This document shows, in pieces, positions 1 to 7,212 of a DNA stretch of 11,881 nucleotides. The stretch's first letter is position 1. Each line of letters opens with the position of its first letter. The position numbers were made by a program, and so were the translations under genes. The stretch lies in the NCBI GenBank assembly GCA_001563915.1, contig LKMP01000018.1, positions 1 to 11,881 of the forward strand. Reading direction: 5' to 3'. Source of the DNA: Nanohaloarchaea archaeon B1-Br10_U2g21 (lineage in GTDB: Archaea; Nanohalarchaeota; Nanosalinia; Nanosalinales; Nanosalinaceae). Below the pieces are notes generated by a model. It was not told where the DNA came from, made no database searches, and saw only the letters and a program-made list of their open reading frames with translations.

Positions 1-2
1 AA

Positions 3-278
3 AAAGATGAATTTCTTGAAACTAAGTACGCCCAAAATTTTGTGGACTACTGTGTTGACGCGGTTGGAGATTACAAGTATGTACAAAAAGGTGCGCGCTC
101 TGCGCTGAAAAAGCTTGTAGATTACCGTAACACGCATTTCTTTGAAGATGACGTGAAGAATTTCGAACAATTTATATCAGAGAAACTAGAGGAGTTAGAA
201 ATGTTTGAGGAAAAACGTTATCCTATTGGCGATAGAAAGAGTTCAGAGTTATTTATGGAGGACTTGATAGTTGAATGA
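3..278 (+). CDS. 3' end of a gene truncated by the window edge; probable AddB-like / PD-(D/E)XK-family partner of the downstream helicase-nuclease
   Basis: The frame is open from position 3 (KDEFLETKYAQNFVDYC...), so GTG at 42 is probably not the true start. Acidic composition. Stop TGA 276-278 overlaps the ATG of the next gene (ATGA). The product call comes from context only (addB-addA order); no catalytic motif is visible. Confidence 0.55.
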   Translation, partial: KDEFLETKYAQNFVDYCVDAVGDYKYVQKGARSALKKLVDYRNTHFFEDDVKNFEQFISEKLEELEMFEEKRYPIGDRKSSELFMEDLIVE

Positions 279-2947
279 ATCCGAACAGCGAACAGCAAAA
301 ACTAATAGACTCTCTTGAAGGCCTATATCTTGTAGATGCGGGAGCCGGAACAGGTAAGACATTCAGTATCACTGAGAGATATGTTAACTTACTTGAAAAC
401 CATGAGCCTAATGACATTCTTCTAGCTACCTTCACAAGAAATGCTGCGAAAGAGATGAGCGACAGGATCGCAGACCGATCTAGTTATACTGCATCTGAGA
501 TCTATAATGCTCCTATCTCGACTTTTCATAGTCATTGTCAAAGAATTCTCGATAGCTACGGTTTAGATGCTCCAAAGCTTTTAGGCATCGATCAGGAGCT
601 TGGAAATGTTAACACGTTAGAAAGCAATATCAGAGAGCTGCAGTACTTCGAAGAGTTTTACGGAGAGTTCAGGTCTAGGTATGAAGACTACCATGATTTC
701 TATGCGATTATACACGATGATTCCACGTTACTATATCTAGTGAAGTCTCTTGCAAGCAGAGGCATAATACCTGAAGAAAACGGATGGTTTCTAAACTCTG
801 AAGAATACCTTGACGGAGACTATTCTGAGTTTAAGAAGTTGTTCAGAGAGCTTAACAGGCCTCGAGAAAACGGAGATTACAAAAAGCAGAGCGTGCTACG
901 TCAACGGATCTACAGTTACAGGTACAAGAATTTTCCTGAAGATGCTCCAGAACACAAAGATATAGTCGGAGATAGAGGCTGTAAACAGGTGAGGCGGGAT
1001 TTTTGCAGAAAGGCGTTTGAAGAGAATCGCGAAAAATTGAAACAGTTCCTACACGATCTATACTATGAGTACTTAGAATTCTCCCTGCGGAACAACTATC
1101 TCAATTTCGGATTCGTTATGGCTTTAACCTTTGTAACACTCTATGAAAACAACACGGCACGCGAACAAGCTTCTTTCCAATATATCATGATTGACGAGTT
1201 CCAAGATACTAATGAAATACAATTAAAGATTTCCTTACTTTTAGCTGAAAAACCAAACATATGTGTCGTAGGAGACTGGAAACAGTCGATTTATAGCTTC
1301 CAATACGCAGATATTGATAACATTCGAAAGTTCCGGAAGAGAATAAACTCAAACATAGATGAGTTAAACCAAGGAGAAACACGAATAAATTTCAGTGAAC
1401 TCGACGTTGAAACTATAGAACTGAAGAAAAACTACCGATCCTCACAAGATATACTTGATGCAGCCGAACAAGCCTTTACACTCCGTGGCAACTCCTATGA
1501 GGAAGTAAAGAAACCTAGTCTTGTATCCTTGAAATCGCAAGTCTCTGAGGAATCAGAAGTCAAGAAGCTTATTTGTGAAGAGGAAAAAGAGAACATACTA
1601 GCAGAAATTCTTAAAGTAAAGGAAGAAAAAGGCCTTGAATACTCTGATATAGCTGTGCTTTCAAGGACAAGGAGATTCGCTTTAGAGCTACAAGATGAAG
1701 CAGATCAGTACAATGTTCCGGCAGCTTACGAAGGAGGTCTTGAACTATTCAACACTGCCGAGGCTAAAATCTTACTAGCATGGCTTCGAGCTCTTAGAGA
1801 GTCACGTAAAGGATGGGCCGTAATACTGGAGAGAACTGGTTACAGCCTGACCGAGGCCAAAGAACTTCTAGACAATGAAGAAATACCGGAAAACCTAAAA
1901 TCCTTTAGAGAGGATTTAGAAGGTCTTGGTATTGAAGCGTTATCTCGTAAGGTTTTTGACAACTATGGATTTGAGAATCCTGTTACAGAGAAAATTATAG
2001 AAGTGCTAACAAATGTCTACAAATCAAGTTACATGACTTGGGGAGATATGATAAGATTTATACAAGACAATATTGAGGAGAACGAGATTTATGAGGTTGA
2101 TAGCTCAACTGAAAGAGACTGTATAAAAATTCAGACGGTTCACGGAGCTAAAGGACTAGAATATCCTGCAGTGTTTATTGTTGATGTAAACCAAGGTCGT
2201 TTCCCTTCCAGAAACGGAAACTATTCTCCTATAATGTATGATGACGTAGTAGGCGTCAGGAAGAGAAAAATATTTGATAGAAAAAACCATTTTGTATTTG
2301 ACAACTGGAAAACTGAGATATTATCAAACTGTATCGGAAGCAGATACGATGAAGAACGCAGACTAATGTATGTGGCGATGACAAGAGCTGAACGGTATCT
2401 GTATATATCCTCCGAACAGAACAGAGAGAGCAAGTTTTTCCATGACCTTGAACTCAAAGAAAAACAGCTAGATTGTCTACCAGAAAAACTCGAGAAACAA
2501 AACCATGAAAAACCTGTCTTAAAAGCATCTAAACCTGAGCGGGAGAGAAAAAGATTGGTTTCAACTTCTGAAAAACTTGAAATGGATGAAAAACAGACTG
2601 ATAATACTGAATACGGACGAAAGCTCCACATATTCATGGAAAACTATGTAAAAAGACTTGATGAGCCTGAGACATCAGAAGAGGAAAAAATTGCAGAGAA
2701 AATCGATTCTCTAAGTGGCGAACTTGAAACAGAGGTCAAGTTCAGACTGCCAAAAGATGGCGCGGTTCATAAAGGTCGTATAGATCTTTTAGTCATAGAA
2801 AAAGATAAAATTACAGTAATAGACCTAAAAACCTCCGATAATTTTAATGATGCTGCAGAAAAACAGCTTAAAATTTACAGAGAGGCCATGGAAGAAATTT
2901 ATCCGGATAAAGAAGTTAAAACAGAAATTTTTAATCCATCAAAATAG
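275..2947 (+). CDS. UvrD/Rep-family SF1A ATP-dependent DNA helicase with C-terminal PD-(D/E)XK nuclease (AddA/AdnB-like), 890 aa
   Basis: Helicase motifs: Q (PNSEQ), I AGAGTGKT, Ia TFTRNAA, Ib STFHS, II DEFQD, III VGDWKQSIYSF, IV NYRS, V TVHGAKGLEYP, VI EERRLMYVAMTRA. C-terminal RecB-type nuclease motifs: YGRKLH, ETEVKF, GRIDLL, IDLKT, QLKIY. GGAGG at 257-261. Confidence 0.95.
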   Translation: MNPNSEQQKLIDSLEGLYLVDAGAGTGKTFSITERYVNLLENHEPNDILLATFTRNAAKEMSDRIADRSSYTASEIYNAPISTFHSHCQRILDSYGLDAPKLLGIDQELGNVNTLESNIRELQYFEEFYGEFRSRYEDYHDFYAIIHDDSTLLYLVKSLASRGIIPEENGWFLNSEEYLDGDYSEFKKLFRELNRPRENGDYKKQSVLRQRIYSYRYKNFPEDAPEHKDIVGDRGCKQVRRDFCRKAFEENREKLKQFLHDLYYEYLEFSLRNNYLNFGFVMALTFVTLYENNTAREQASFQYIMIDEFQDTNEIQLKISLLLAEKPNICVVGDWKQSIYSFQYADIDNIRKFRKRINSNIDELNQGETRINFSELDVETIELKKNYRSSQDILDAAEQAFTLRGNSYEEVKKPSLVSLKSQVSEESEVKKLICEEEKENILAEILKVKEEKGLEYSDIAVLSRTRRFALELQDEADQYNVPAAYEGGLELFNTAEAKILLAWLRALRESRKGWAVILERTGYSLTEAKELLDNEEIPENLKSFREDLEGLGIEALSRKVFDNYGFENPVTEKIIEVLTNVYKSSYMTWGDMIRFIQDNIEENEIYEVDSSTERDCIKIQTVHGAKGLEYPAVFIVDVNQGRFPSRNGNYSPIMYDDVVGVRKRKIFDRKNHFVFDNWKTEILSNCIGSRYDEERRLMYVAMTRAERYLYISSEQNRESKFFHDLELKEKQLDCLPEKLEKQNHEKPVLKASKPERERKRLVSTSEKLEMDEKQTDNTEYGRKLHIFMENYVKRLDEPETSEEEKIAEKIDSLSGELETEVKFRLPKDGAVHKGRIDLLVIEKDKITVIDLKTSDNFNDAAEKQLKIYREAMEEIYPDKEVKTEIFNPSK

Positions 2948-2948
2948 G

Positions 2949-4232
2949 TTAACAAGGTTCTCCCCAATCAGGCTGATTTTCTTCAGAGACACCAAAAACT
3001 CCTGGTTCTTCATCAATTTCCTCAACACACCAGTCACTAATATCTCGATCAAAAGTCGAGCCTCTAAACATCCAAGTCATATTATCTACCCGACTAGTAT
3101 TCCATTCAGAAATGTCTTGGTCAAATTCTTCCGCATTATGAAACATTCTATGCATTGCGGTAGAAACCTTTCCCACATTAGACACATCCCAATCTGAAAC
3201 GTCGCCGTTAAAACTTGAAGCACCATTAAAAGTTCTTAACATACGCCTAACACTTGACACATCCCAATCTTCTACTCCATCCCCCTCAAAATTGGAAGCT
3301 CCTCTGAAAGCATTATCCATTCTTTCAACACTACTTGTATTCCATCCTCCAACATCTCCATTAAAGCTTGAACCTCTAAATGCAGCACTCATACTACTTA
3401 CTCTAGATATATCCGGAACATCATCATAATTAGCATCCATATTAGAAGTTCCTCTAAATGCACCATTCATACTAGTCCACTCCACCTCTCCCCATGACTC
3501 TAACCCAATAACTTTTTCTTCATCAACACCGCTACTAAATCTTAGATGAGAAAGAATGCCTCTAATTTCAACTGTATGTACTCCCGGCTCTTCAAACTCT
3601 AAAACATGGTCATCTGTTAAAGGATCTGCTACTCGTTCTGTTGTTCCAGTATTTTTATTCTCCCACTCGACCTGATAATTCACGTTACCCCTAGCTGGTA
3701 TCTCAAACTCATTATCTTCAGTCTCACCATCCTTACTAGAATTTACTTTAAGAGCTAATGGATCCATCCCATACAGTAACGAATCCTCTTTTACTTCTAG
3801 TCTACCACTAATACTTCCTTCACTCTGAATTCCAGTGAAAGTTCCGTCATCATAGGTAAGTTCTACATCCAAATTTTCAGCTGAATCGCCCTCAACAACC
3901 TGTAAAAACGTAAAAACATCAGAATCCCCTACTTCCACCTCTCTGGGACCTCGCCATACTACCTCATTTTCACTATCATTTATCCGAATCTCCTGGATTT
4001 CCACCGTCTCCGTGCCTCTATTAAGCAAAACTAATTGTAGCTCATCCTGAAAATTAGTACCAAAATCTTCTACCAAAACAGTCTCACCTTCAAAACCAGA
4101 AACACTTTCTAATCCTTCAGGATTAGCTAAAGAAAATATTGCTCCCCCAGCAACAGCAACGACAAGAAGCATCCAACCATAAGTCATCAAATACTCAATC
4201 GCAGACTGACCTGAAATACTAGAAACAATCAT
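2949..4232 (-). CDS. Class III signal peptide (type IV pilin-like) surface protein with Ig/PKD-like region and C-terminal DUF285 (BspA-family) repeats, 427 aa
   Basis: N-terminal G|QSAIEYLMTYGWMLLVVAVAGGAIFSL (Q+1, E+5, hydrophobic helix). Beta-rich acidic middle, including a PKD-like NYQVEW...H..EF..PGVHTVEIRG segment. About six ~25-aa repeats of the type W(D/N)(V/T)S.V..M...F.GA..F..D(V/I)..W, ending in a WCV...P.WG.PC cap. Confidence 0.88.
   Translation of the reverse strand: MIVSSISGQSAIEYLMTYGWMLLVVAVAGGAIFSLANPEGLESVSGFEGETVLVEDFGTNFQDELQLVLLNRGTETVEIQEIRINDSENEVVWRGPREVEVGDSDVFTFLQVVEGDSAENLDVELTYDDGTFTGIQSEGSISGRLEVKEDSLLYGMDPLALKVNSSKDGETEDNEFEIPARGNVNYQVEWENKNTGTTERVADPLTDDHVLEFEEPGVHTVEIRGILSHLRFSSGVDEEKVIGLESWGEVEWTSMNGAFRGTSNMDANYDDVPDISRVSSMSAAFRGSSFNGDVGGWNTSSVERMDNAFRGASNFEGDGVEDWDVSSVRRMLRTFNGASSFNGDVSDWDVSNVGKVSTAMHRMFHNAEEFDQDISEWNTSRVDNMTWMFRGSTFDRDISDWCVEEIDEEPGVFGVSEENQPDWGEPC
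3030..3479 (-). repeat. Intragenic DUF285 tandem repeats (~72-78 bp period)
   Basis: Exact + strand direct repeats GACACATCCCAATCT at 3181-3195 and 3256-3270 (75 bp apart) and CCTCTAAATGCA at 3373-3384 and 3451-3462 (78 bp apart), matching the protein repeat period. Confidence 0.85.
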
Positions 4233-4254
4233 ATCTTAGTTATATCATGACCGA

Positions 4255-4262
4255 ATTAAATA
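4255..4262 (-). promoter_or_regulatory. Putative TATA box of the pilin-DUF285 gene (leaderless transcript)
   Basis: TATTTAAT on the minus strand 23-30 nt upstream of ATG 4232; no SD motif. Confidence 0.5.
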
Positions 4263-4271
4263 ACTCTCAGT

Positions 4272-4589
4272 CTAGAATGCCTGCATTCCTGGCATATGTC
4301 CAAGTTGATCACGTGCTTCGTCACTCATATCTTCCGGTGTCCAGCGCGGATCAAATGTTATTTCCACTTCTACTTTATTGAGTCCTTCTAAGCCTGCGAC
4401 TTCTTGCCGAACCATTTCATCAAATACTCCGCTTAACGGACAGGCTGGAGTCGTTAACGTCATTAAAATATGGCAGTAGTCGTCTTCTACTTCTATTTCA
4501 TAAATCAGTCCTAAGTCATATATGTTGACATCAAGCTCTGGATCTATGACTTGTTTCAGCTTTCCTATTACATCTTTTTCAGTTACCAT
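4272..4589 (-). CDS. Metal-sulfur cluster assembly factor (DUF59 / SufT / PaaD / MIP18 family), 105 aa
   Basis: Signature V.DPEL..NI.DLGLIY, MTLTTPACP with the conserved Cys, and FDPRWTPEDMS. Confidence 0.93.
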   Translation of the reverse strand: MVTEKDVIGKLKQVIDPELDVNIYDLGLIYEIEVEDDYCHILMTLTTPACPLSGVFDEMVRQEVAGLEGLNKVEVEITFDPRWTPEDMSDEARDQLGHMPGMQAF

Positions 4590-4603
4590 AACTGTGTTTA
4601 ATT

Positions 4604-4626
4604 GAAGAATCTTTTAACCTTTCAGA
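4604..4626. promoter_or_regulatory. Putative bidirectional BRE/TATA promoter for the DUF59 gene and rnp4
   Basis: TTTTAA at 4612-4617 lies 23-28 nt from both start codons (4589 and 4640). Purine-rich BRE-like runs precede it on each strand (+ GAAGAATC-TTTTAA; - GAAAGG-TTAAAAG). Confidence 0.55.
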
Positions 4627-4639
4627 ACTGAGCAAATTC

Positions 4640-4915
4640 ATGAGTCAGAAAATTGCCAAAGAACGAATTAGAATTCTTTTTGATGAGGCAAATAATAGGC
4701 CTGAAAAGGCCGAACGCTATTTTAAGCTGGCTGAAAAAATAGGTATGAAAAGTCAGATATCTATTCCCTCTGACCTGAAGAAGCAGTACTGTTCTAATTG
4801 TTATGCTTCTTGGAAACTTAGCGAGAACTGTAGAGTCAGAGTGAACTCGAAGAAAGGCTATGTAAACTACACCTGTAGAGATTGTGGTAGCGTTGAGAGG
4901 TATGGCTACAAATGA
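4640..4915 (+). CDS. rnp4: Ribonuclease P protein component 4 (Rpp21/Rpr2), 91 aa
   Basis: IAKERIRIL...AERY..LA.KI, Zn ribbon CSNC...CRDCG, RVRV, C-terminal RYG. Confidence 0.92.
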   Translation: MSQKIAKERIRILFDEANNRPEKAERYFKLAEKIGMKSQISIPSDLKKQYCSNCYASWKLSENCRVRVNSKKGYVNYTCRDCGSVERYGYK

Positions 4916-5814
4916 GCTATATCTATAGATTAGCAGGAGAAAAACTTGAACTAGCAGAAGCGGAGCTTAACAGCTTCCTAAAAAGTCAGGGTTTTGATGA
5001 GAAATGCGAGCGTAAAGGTCAATTAGCATTTACAGACTCAGAACCGAGCCAGCTCCGGCGCCTAGGTCTTGTACATGATGTCTGCAAAGAAATTGATATT
5101 GATGACTTTAAGGTCTCTGGGCGTTATTCAGTAAGAGCTGAAAACCTGTCAGGAAAAGATTTTGATACTAAAAATTCGGAAAAAGATCTAGGCGCGATAC
5201 TCTCACGTATTTCAAATAGGGTAGATTTAGATAATCCAGAAACAATTGTAAAAATCTATAATACTGATGACGGAGTTTTTCATGGAGTTCAGGTTGATAG
5301 TCTTCCGCGCGGAAAGTTTAGTCAGAGAAGTAATGAGAAGAGATCTTTCTCTTCTCCTGTCAGCCTTGATCCCGTTTTAGCCAGAGTTCTTGTAAATCTC
5401 TCAGAGGCGTCATTCGGAGAATTTGTTTTGGACCCTTTCTGTGGCACAGGGGGAATCTTGATAGAAGCCGGGCTTTGTGGATTGGGCGTCCAAGGTCTTG
5501 ATGTTCAGGAAGAAATGGTTTTAGGTACTCAAGAAAATTTGGAAGAGTATGGAATAATTAGCTATGATATTCGATTAGGAGATGTTTCTGATGCATTAAT
5601 AGAGTTTAGTAAAGCTGATGTAATTGTAACCGATTTACCATACGGTAAAGCTTCTCGATCTGTGAATAAGCCTGTAGAAAAGTTTCTTAATTTAATAGAA
5701 GATTTTGATGGAAACGTAGTTTTTATGCATGATAAACCTAATTTAGATGATTTAAGCCCTGATTTCGAGTTAGAAGTGCATAAGAGCTTGACTCGCTATA
5801 TTTATAGAGTTTAA
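4912..5814 (+). CDS. trmG10: tRNA (guanine10-N2)-(di)methyltransferase, archaeal Trm11/TrmG10 (THUMP + Rossmann MTase), 300 aa
   Basis: N-terminal LAGE..ELAEAE, THUMP-like RVDLDNPE, F.SPVSLDP.LAR.LVNL, SAM motif LDPFCGTGG and catalytic TDLPYG. ATGA overlap with the rnp4 stop. Confidence 0.88.
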   Translation: MSYIYRLAGEKLELAEAELNSFLKSQGFDEKCERKGQLAFTDSEPSQLRRLGLVHDVCKEIDIDDFKVSGRYSVRAENLSGKDFDTKNSEKDLGAILSRISNRVDLDNPETIVKIYNTDDGVFHGVQVDSLPRGKFSQRSNEKRSFSSPVSLDPVLARVLVNLSEASFGEFVLDPFCGTGGILIEAGLCGLGVQGLDVQEEMVLGTQENLEEYGIISYDIRLGDVSDALIEFSKADVIVTDLPYGKASRSVNKPVEKFLNLIEDFDGNVVFMHDKPNLDDLSPDFELEVHKSLTRYIYRV

Positions 5815-6227
5815 GGAGCTTCTTTATGGTCTAGAATTCTCATTTTTTTCTCTAAATTTACAGGATCTCTGACGGGTAAATAGTGTTCTAAATCTTCGAT
5901 TACATGTCCACCGTCCTGGACTACTTGAACTTCAGAGGTCCTAGTTCTAGACATTTCAAAAGATTCATCAAGAACCCCTTCTGCCACTTCCTGAAGTGTT
6001 TCATGATCAATTGAATATACCTCAAACTCTTCAGGCTCTGGACCATCATATGACGGCGTTCTGGATAGACAGTTTAGAACATACTCGTCCTCATATACAG
6101 ATGAGTCTAGTATTTCAGTAGTAAATAAATGCACTTTGTTTTCTGGATCTGTGACAGCTACATGTTCGAAGTCTGAGTTTGGAGTTACATACAAACCATT
6201 CACTTCTTTATGTGCATTTAACTTCAT
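5811..6227 (-). CDS. Hypothetical acidic protein, 138 aa
   Basis: ATG start, acidic composition like its neighbours, fills the gap exactly, own TATA-like TTTTATTA at 6249-6256, stop interlocks with the trmG10 stop (TTAA 5811-5814). No family recognised. Confidence 0.78.
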   Translation of the reverse strand: MKLNAHKEVNGLYVTPNSDFEHVAVTDPENKVHLFTTEILDSSVYEDEYVLNCLSRTPSYDGPEPEEFEVYSIDHETLQEVAEGVLDESFEMSRTRTSEVQVVQDGGHVIEDLEHYLPVRDPVNLEKKMRILDHKEAP

Positions 6228-6248
6228 ACGTAGTTTGTCGCCGTCTGG

Positions 6249-6263
6249 TAATAAAAGCTTTAT
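6249..6263 (-). promoter_or_regulatory. Putative BRE/TATA of the 138-aa hypothetical gene
   Basis: ATAAAGC-TTTTATTA on the minus strand; TATA 22-29 nt upstream of ATG 6227. Confidence 0.5.
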
Positions 6264-6302
6264 GGTCGAATGAAATAAATTCTGCCCCTAAACAGTTGAA
6301 TT

Positions 6303-7208
6303 ATGAAAGTCTATACTGTCGGAACTTCGAGTGCAGTACCCACAAGTGAGAGAGGTCTAGCAGCCAACCTGATAGATTTTAACGGCGAAAGATTACTTTT
6401 TGACTGCGGCGAAGGAACCCAAAGAACGTTAATGAAGGAAAAATTAGGGATCATGAAAATCTCCCGAGTCTTTATCAGTCACTGGCACGCCGACCACTTT
6501 TCAGGTTTACTCGGATTAATACAGACATTAGAACTTGAAGGACGCGAAAAACCACTTTACATCTATGGACCTCCAAGAACAGAAGAATTTACTGAAAGAA
6601 TTCTAGATACCGGTTATTTCAACCGTAGCTACGACATTTTCGCAGAAGACCTTGTAGAAGGAGAAGAAGTGATAGGCGAAGATTACCAAGTCATCCCATT
6701 TGAGGTAGAACATGGAATAAACGCATTTGGCTACGTATTTCAAGAGAATGATAATGTAAAAGCAAACAAAGACAAAATGAAGGAATTAGGCCTCGGCGAG
6801 TCTCCAAAAATTGGCGAGCTAAAAGAAGGGAAAACTGTTGAGTGGAATGGGAATAAGATCGAACCAGAACAGGTCGTTGAGACCGTTCCAGGCAGAAAAG
6901 TAGTATACTCTGGCGATACCTCTAAGTGCCAAAATCTTATTGAGCATGCTGAACACTCTGATTTATTAATTCATGAGGCCACATGCCTGCACGAAATGAT
7001 TAGTGACCGTAGAGGACATACTTCAGCATTACAAGCTGGAGAAATTGCTTCTGAAGCTTCGGTTGCGAAACTGGCTTTAACACATTTTTCCCGACGCTAC
7101 CGTGGAAAAGAAGAAGAGCTACTTGAAGAGGCTAAAAGCATATTTGAGGATACTGAGCTAGGTCAAGATGGAAAAATGTTTGATTTAAGCCCTCATAGGC
7201 CAGAATAA
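6303..7208 (+). CDS. rnz: Ribonuclease Z (tRNA 3' endonuclease, short form), 301 aa
   Basis: GTSSAVPT.ER, LFDCGEGTQR, metallo-beta-lactamase SHWHADH, exosite arm (LGLGESPKIGELKEG), YSGDT, LIHEAT, GHTSA, LTHFSRRY. Confidence 0.96.
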   Translation: MKVYTVGTSSAVPTSERGLAANLIDFNGERLLFDCGEGTQRTLMKEKLGIMKISRVFISHWHADHFSGLLGLIQTLELEGREKPLYIYGPPRTEEFTERILDTGYFNRSYDIFAEDLVEGEEVIGEDYQVIPFEVEHGINAFGYVFQENDNVKANKDKMKELGLGESPKIGELKEGKTVEWNGNKIEPEQVVETVPGRKVVYSGDTSKCQNLIEHAEHSDLLIHEATCLHEMISDRRGHTSALQAGEIASEASVAKLALTHFSRRYRGKEEELLEEAKSIFEDTELGQDGKMFDLSPHRPE

Positions 7209-7212
7209 TAAT

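Noticed and set aside
253-435. 60-aa minus-strand ORF
   Set aside because: Antisense shadow of the helicase Walker A region; non-acidic, no motif.
2221-2637. 138-aa minus-strand ORF
   Set aside because: Ser/Phe/Leu-rich antisense mirror of the Glu/Lys codons of the helicase.
275-2947. Named defence system (e.g. Gabija GajB) or Cas4 fusion
   Set aside because: No OLD/TOPRIM partner is visible and the nuclease domain lacks the Cas4 cysteine cluster. The architecture fits AddA-like proteins.
2847-3197. 116-aa plus-strand ORF spanning the helicase end and the DUF285 gene
   Set aside because: Overlaps two well-supported genes; basic composition unlike this proteome.
3030-3479. CRISPR array or DGR template/variable repeat
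   Set aside because: The repeats are in-frame coding units of DUF285. There is no constant repeat-spacer pattern, no reverse transcriptase, and no adenine-specific mismatch pair.
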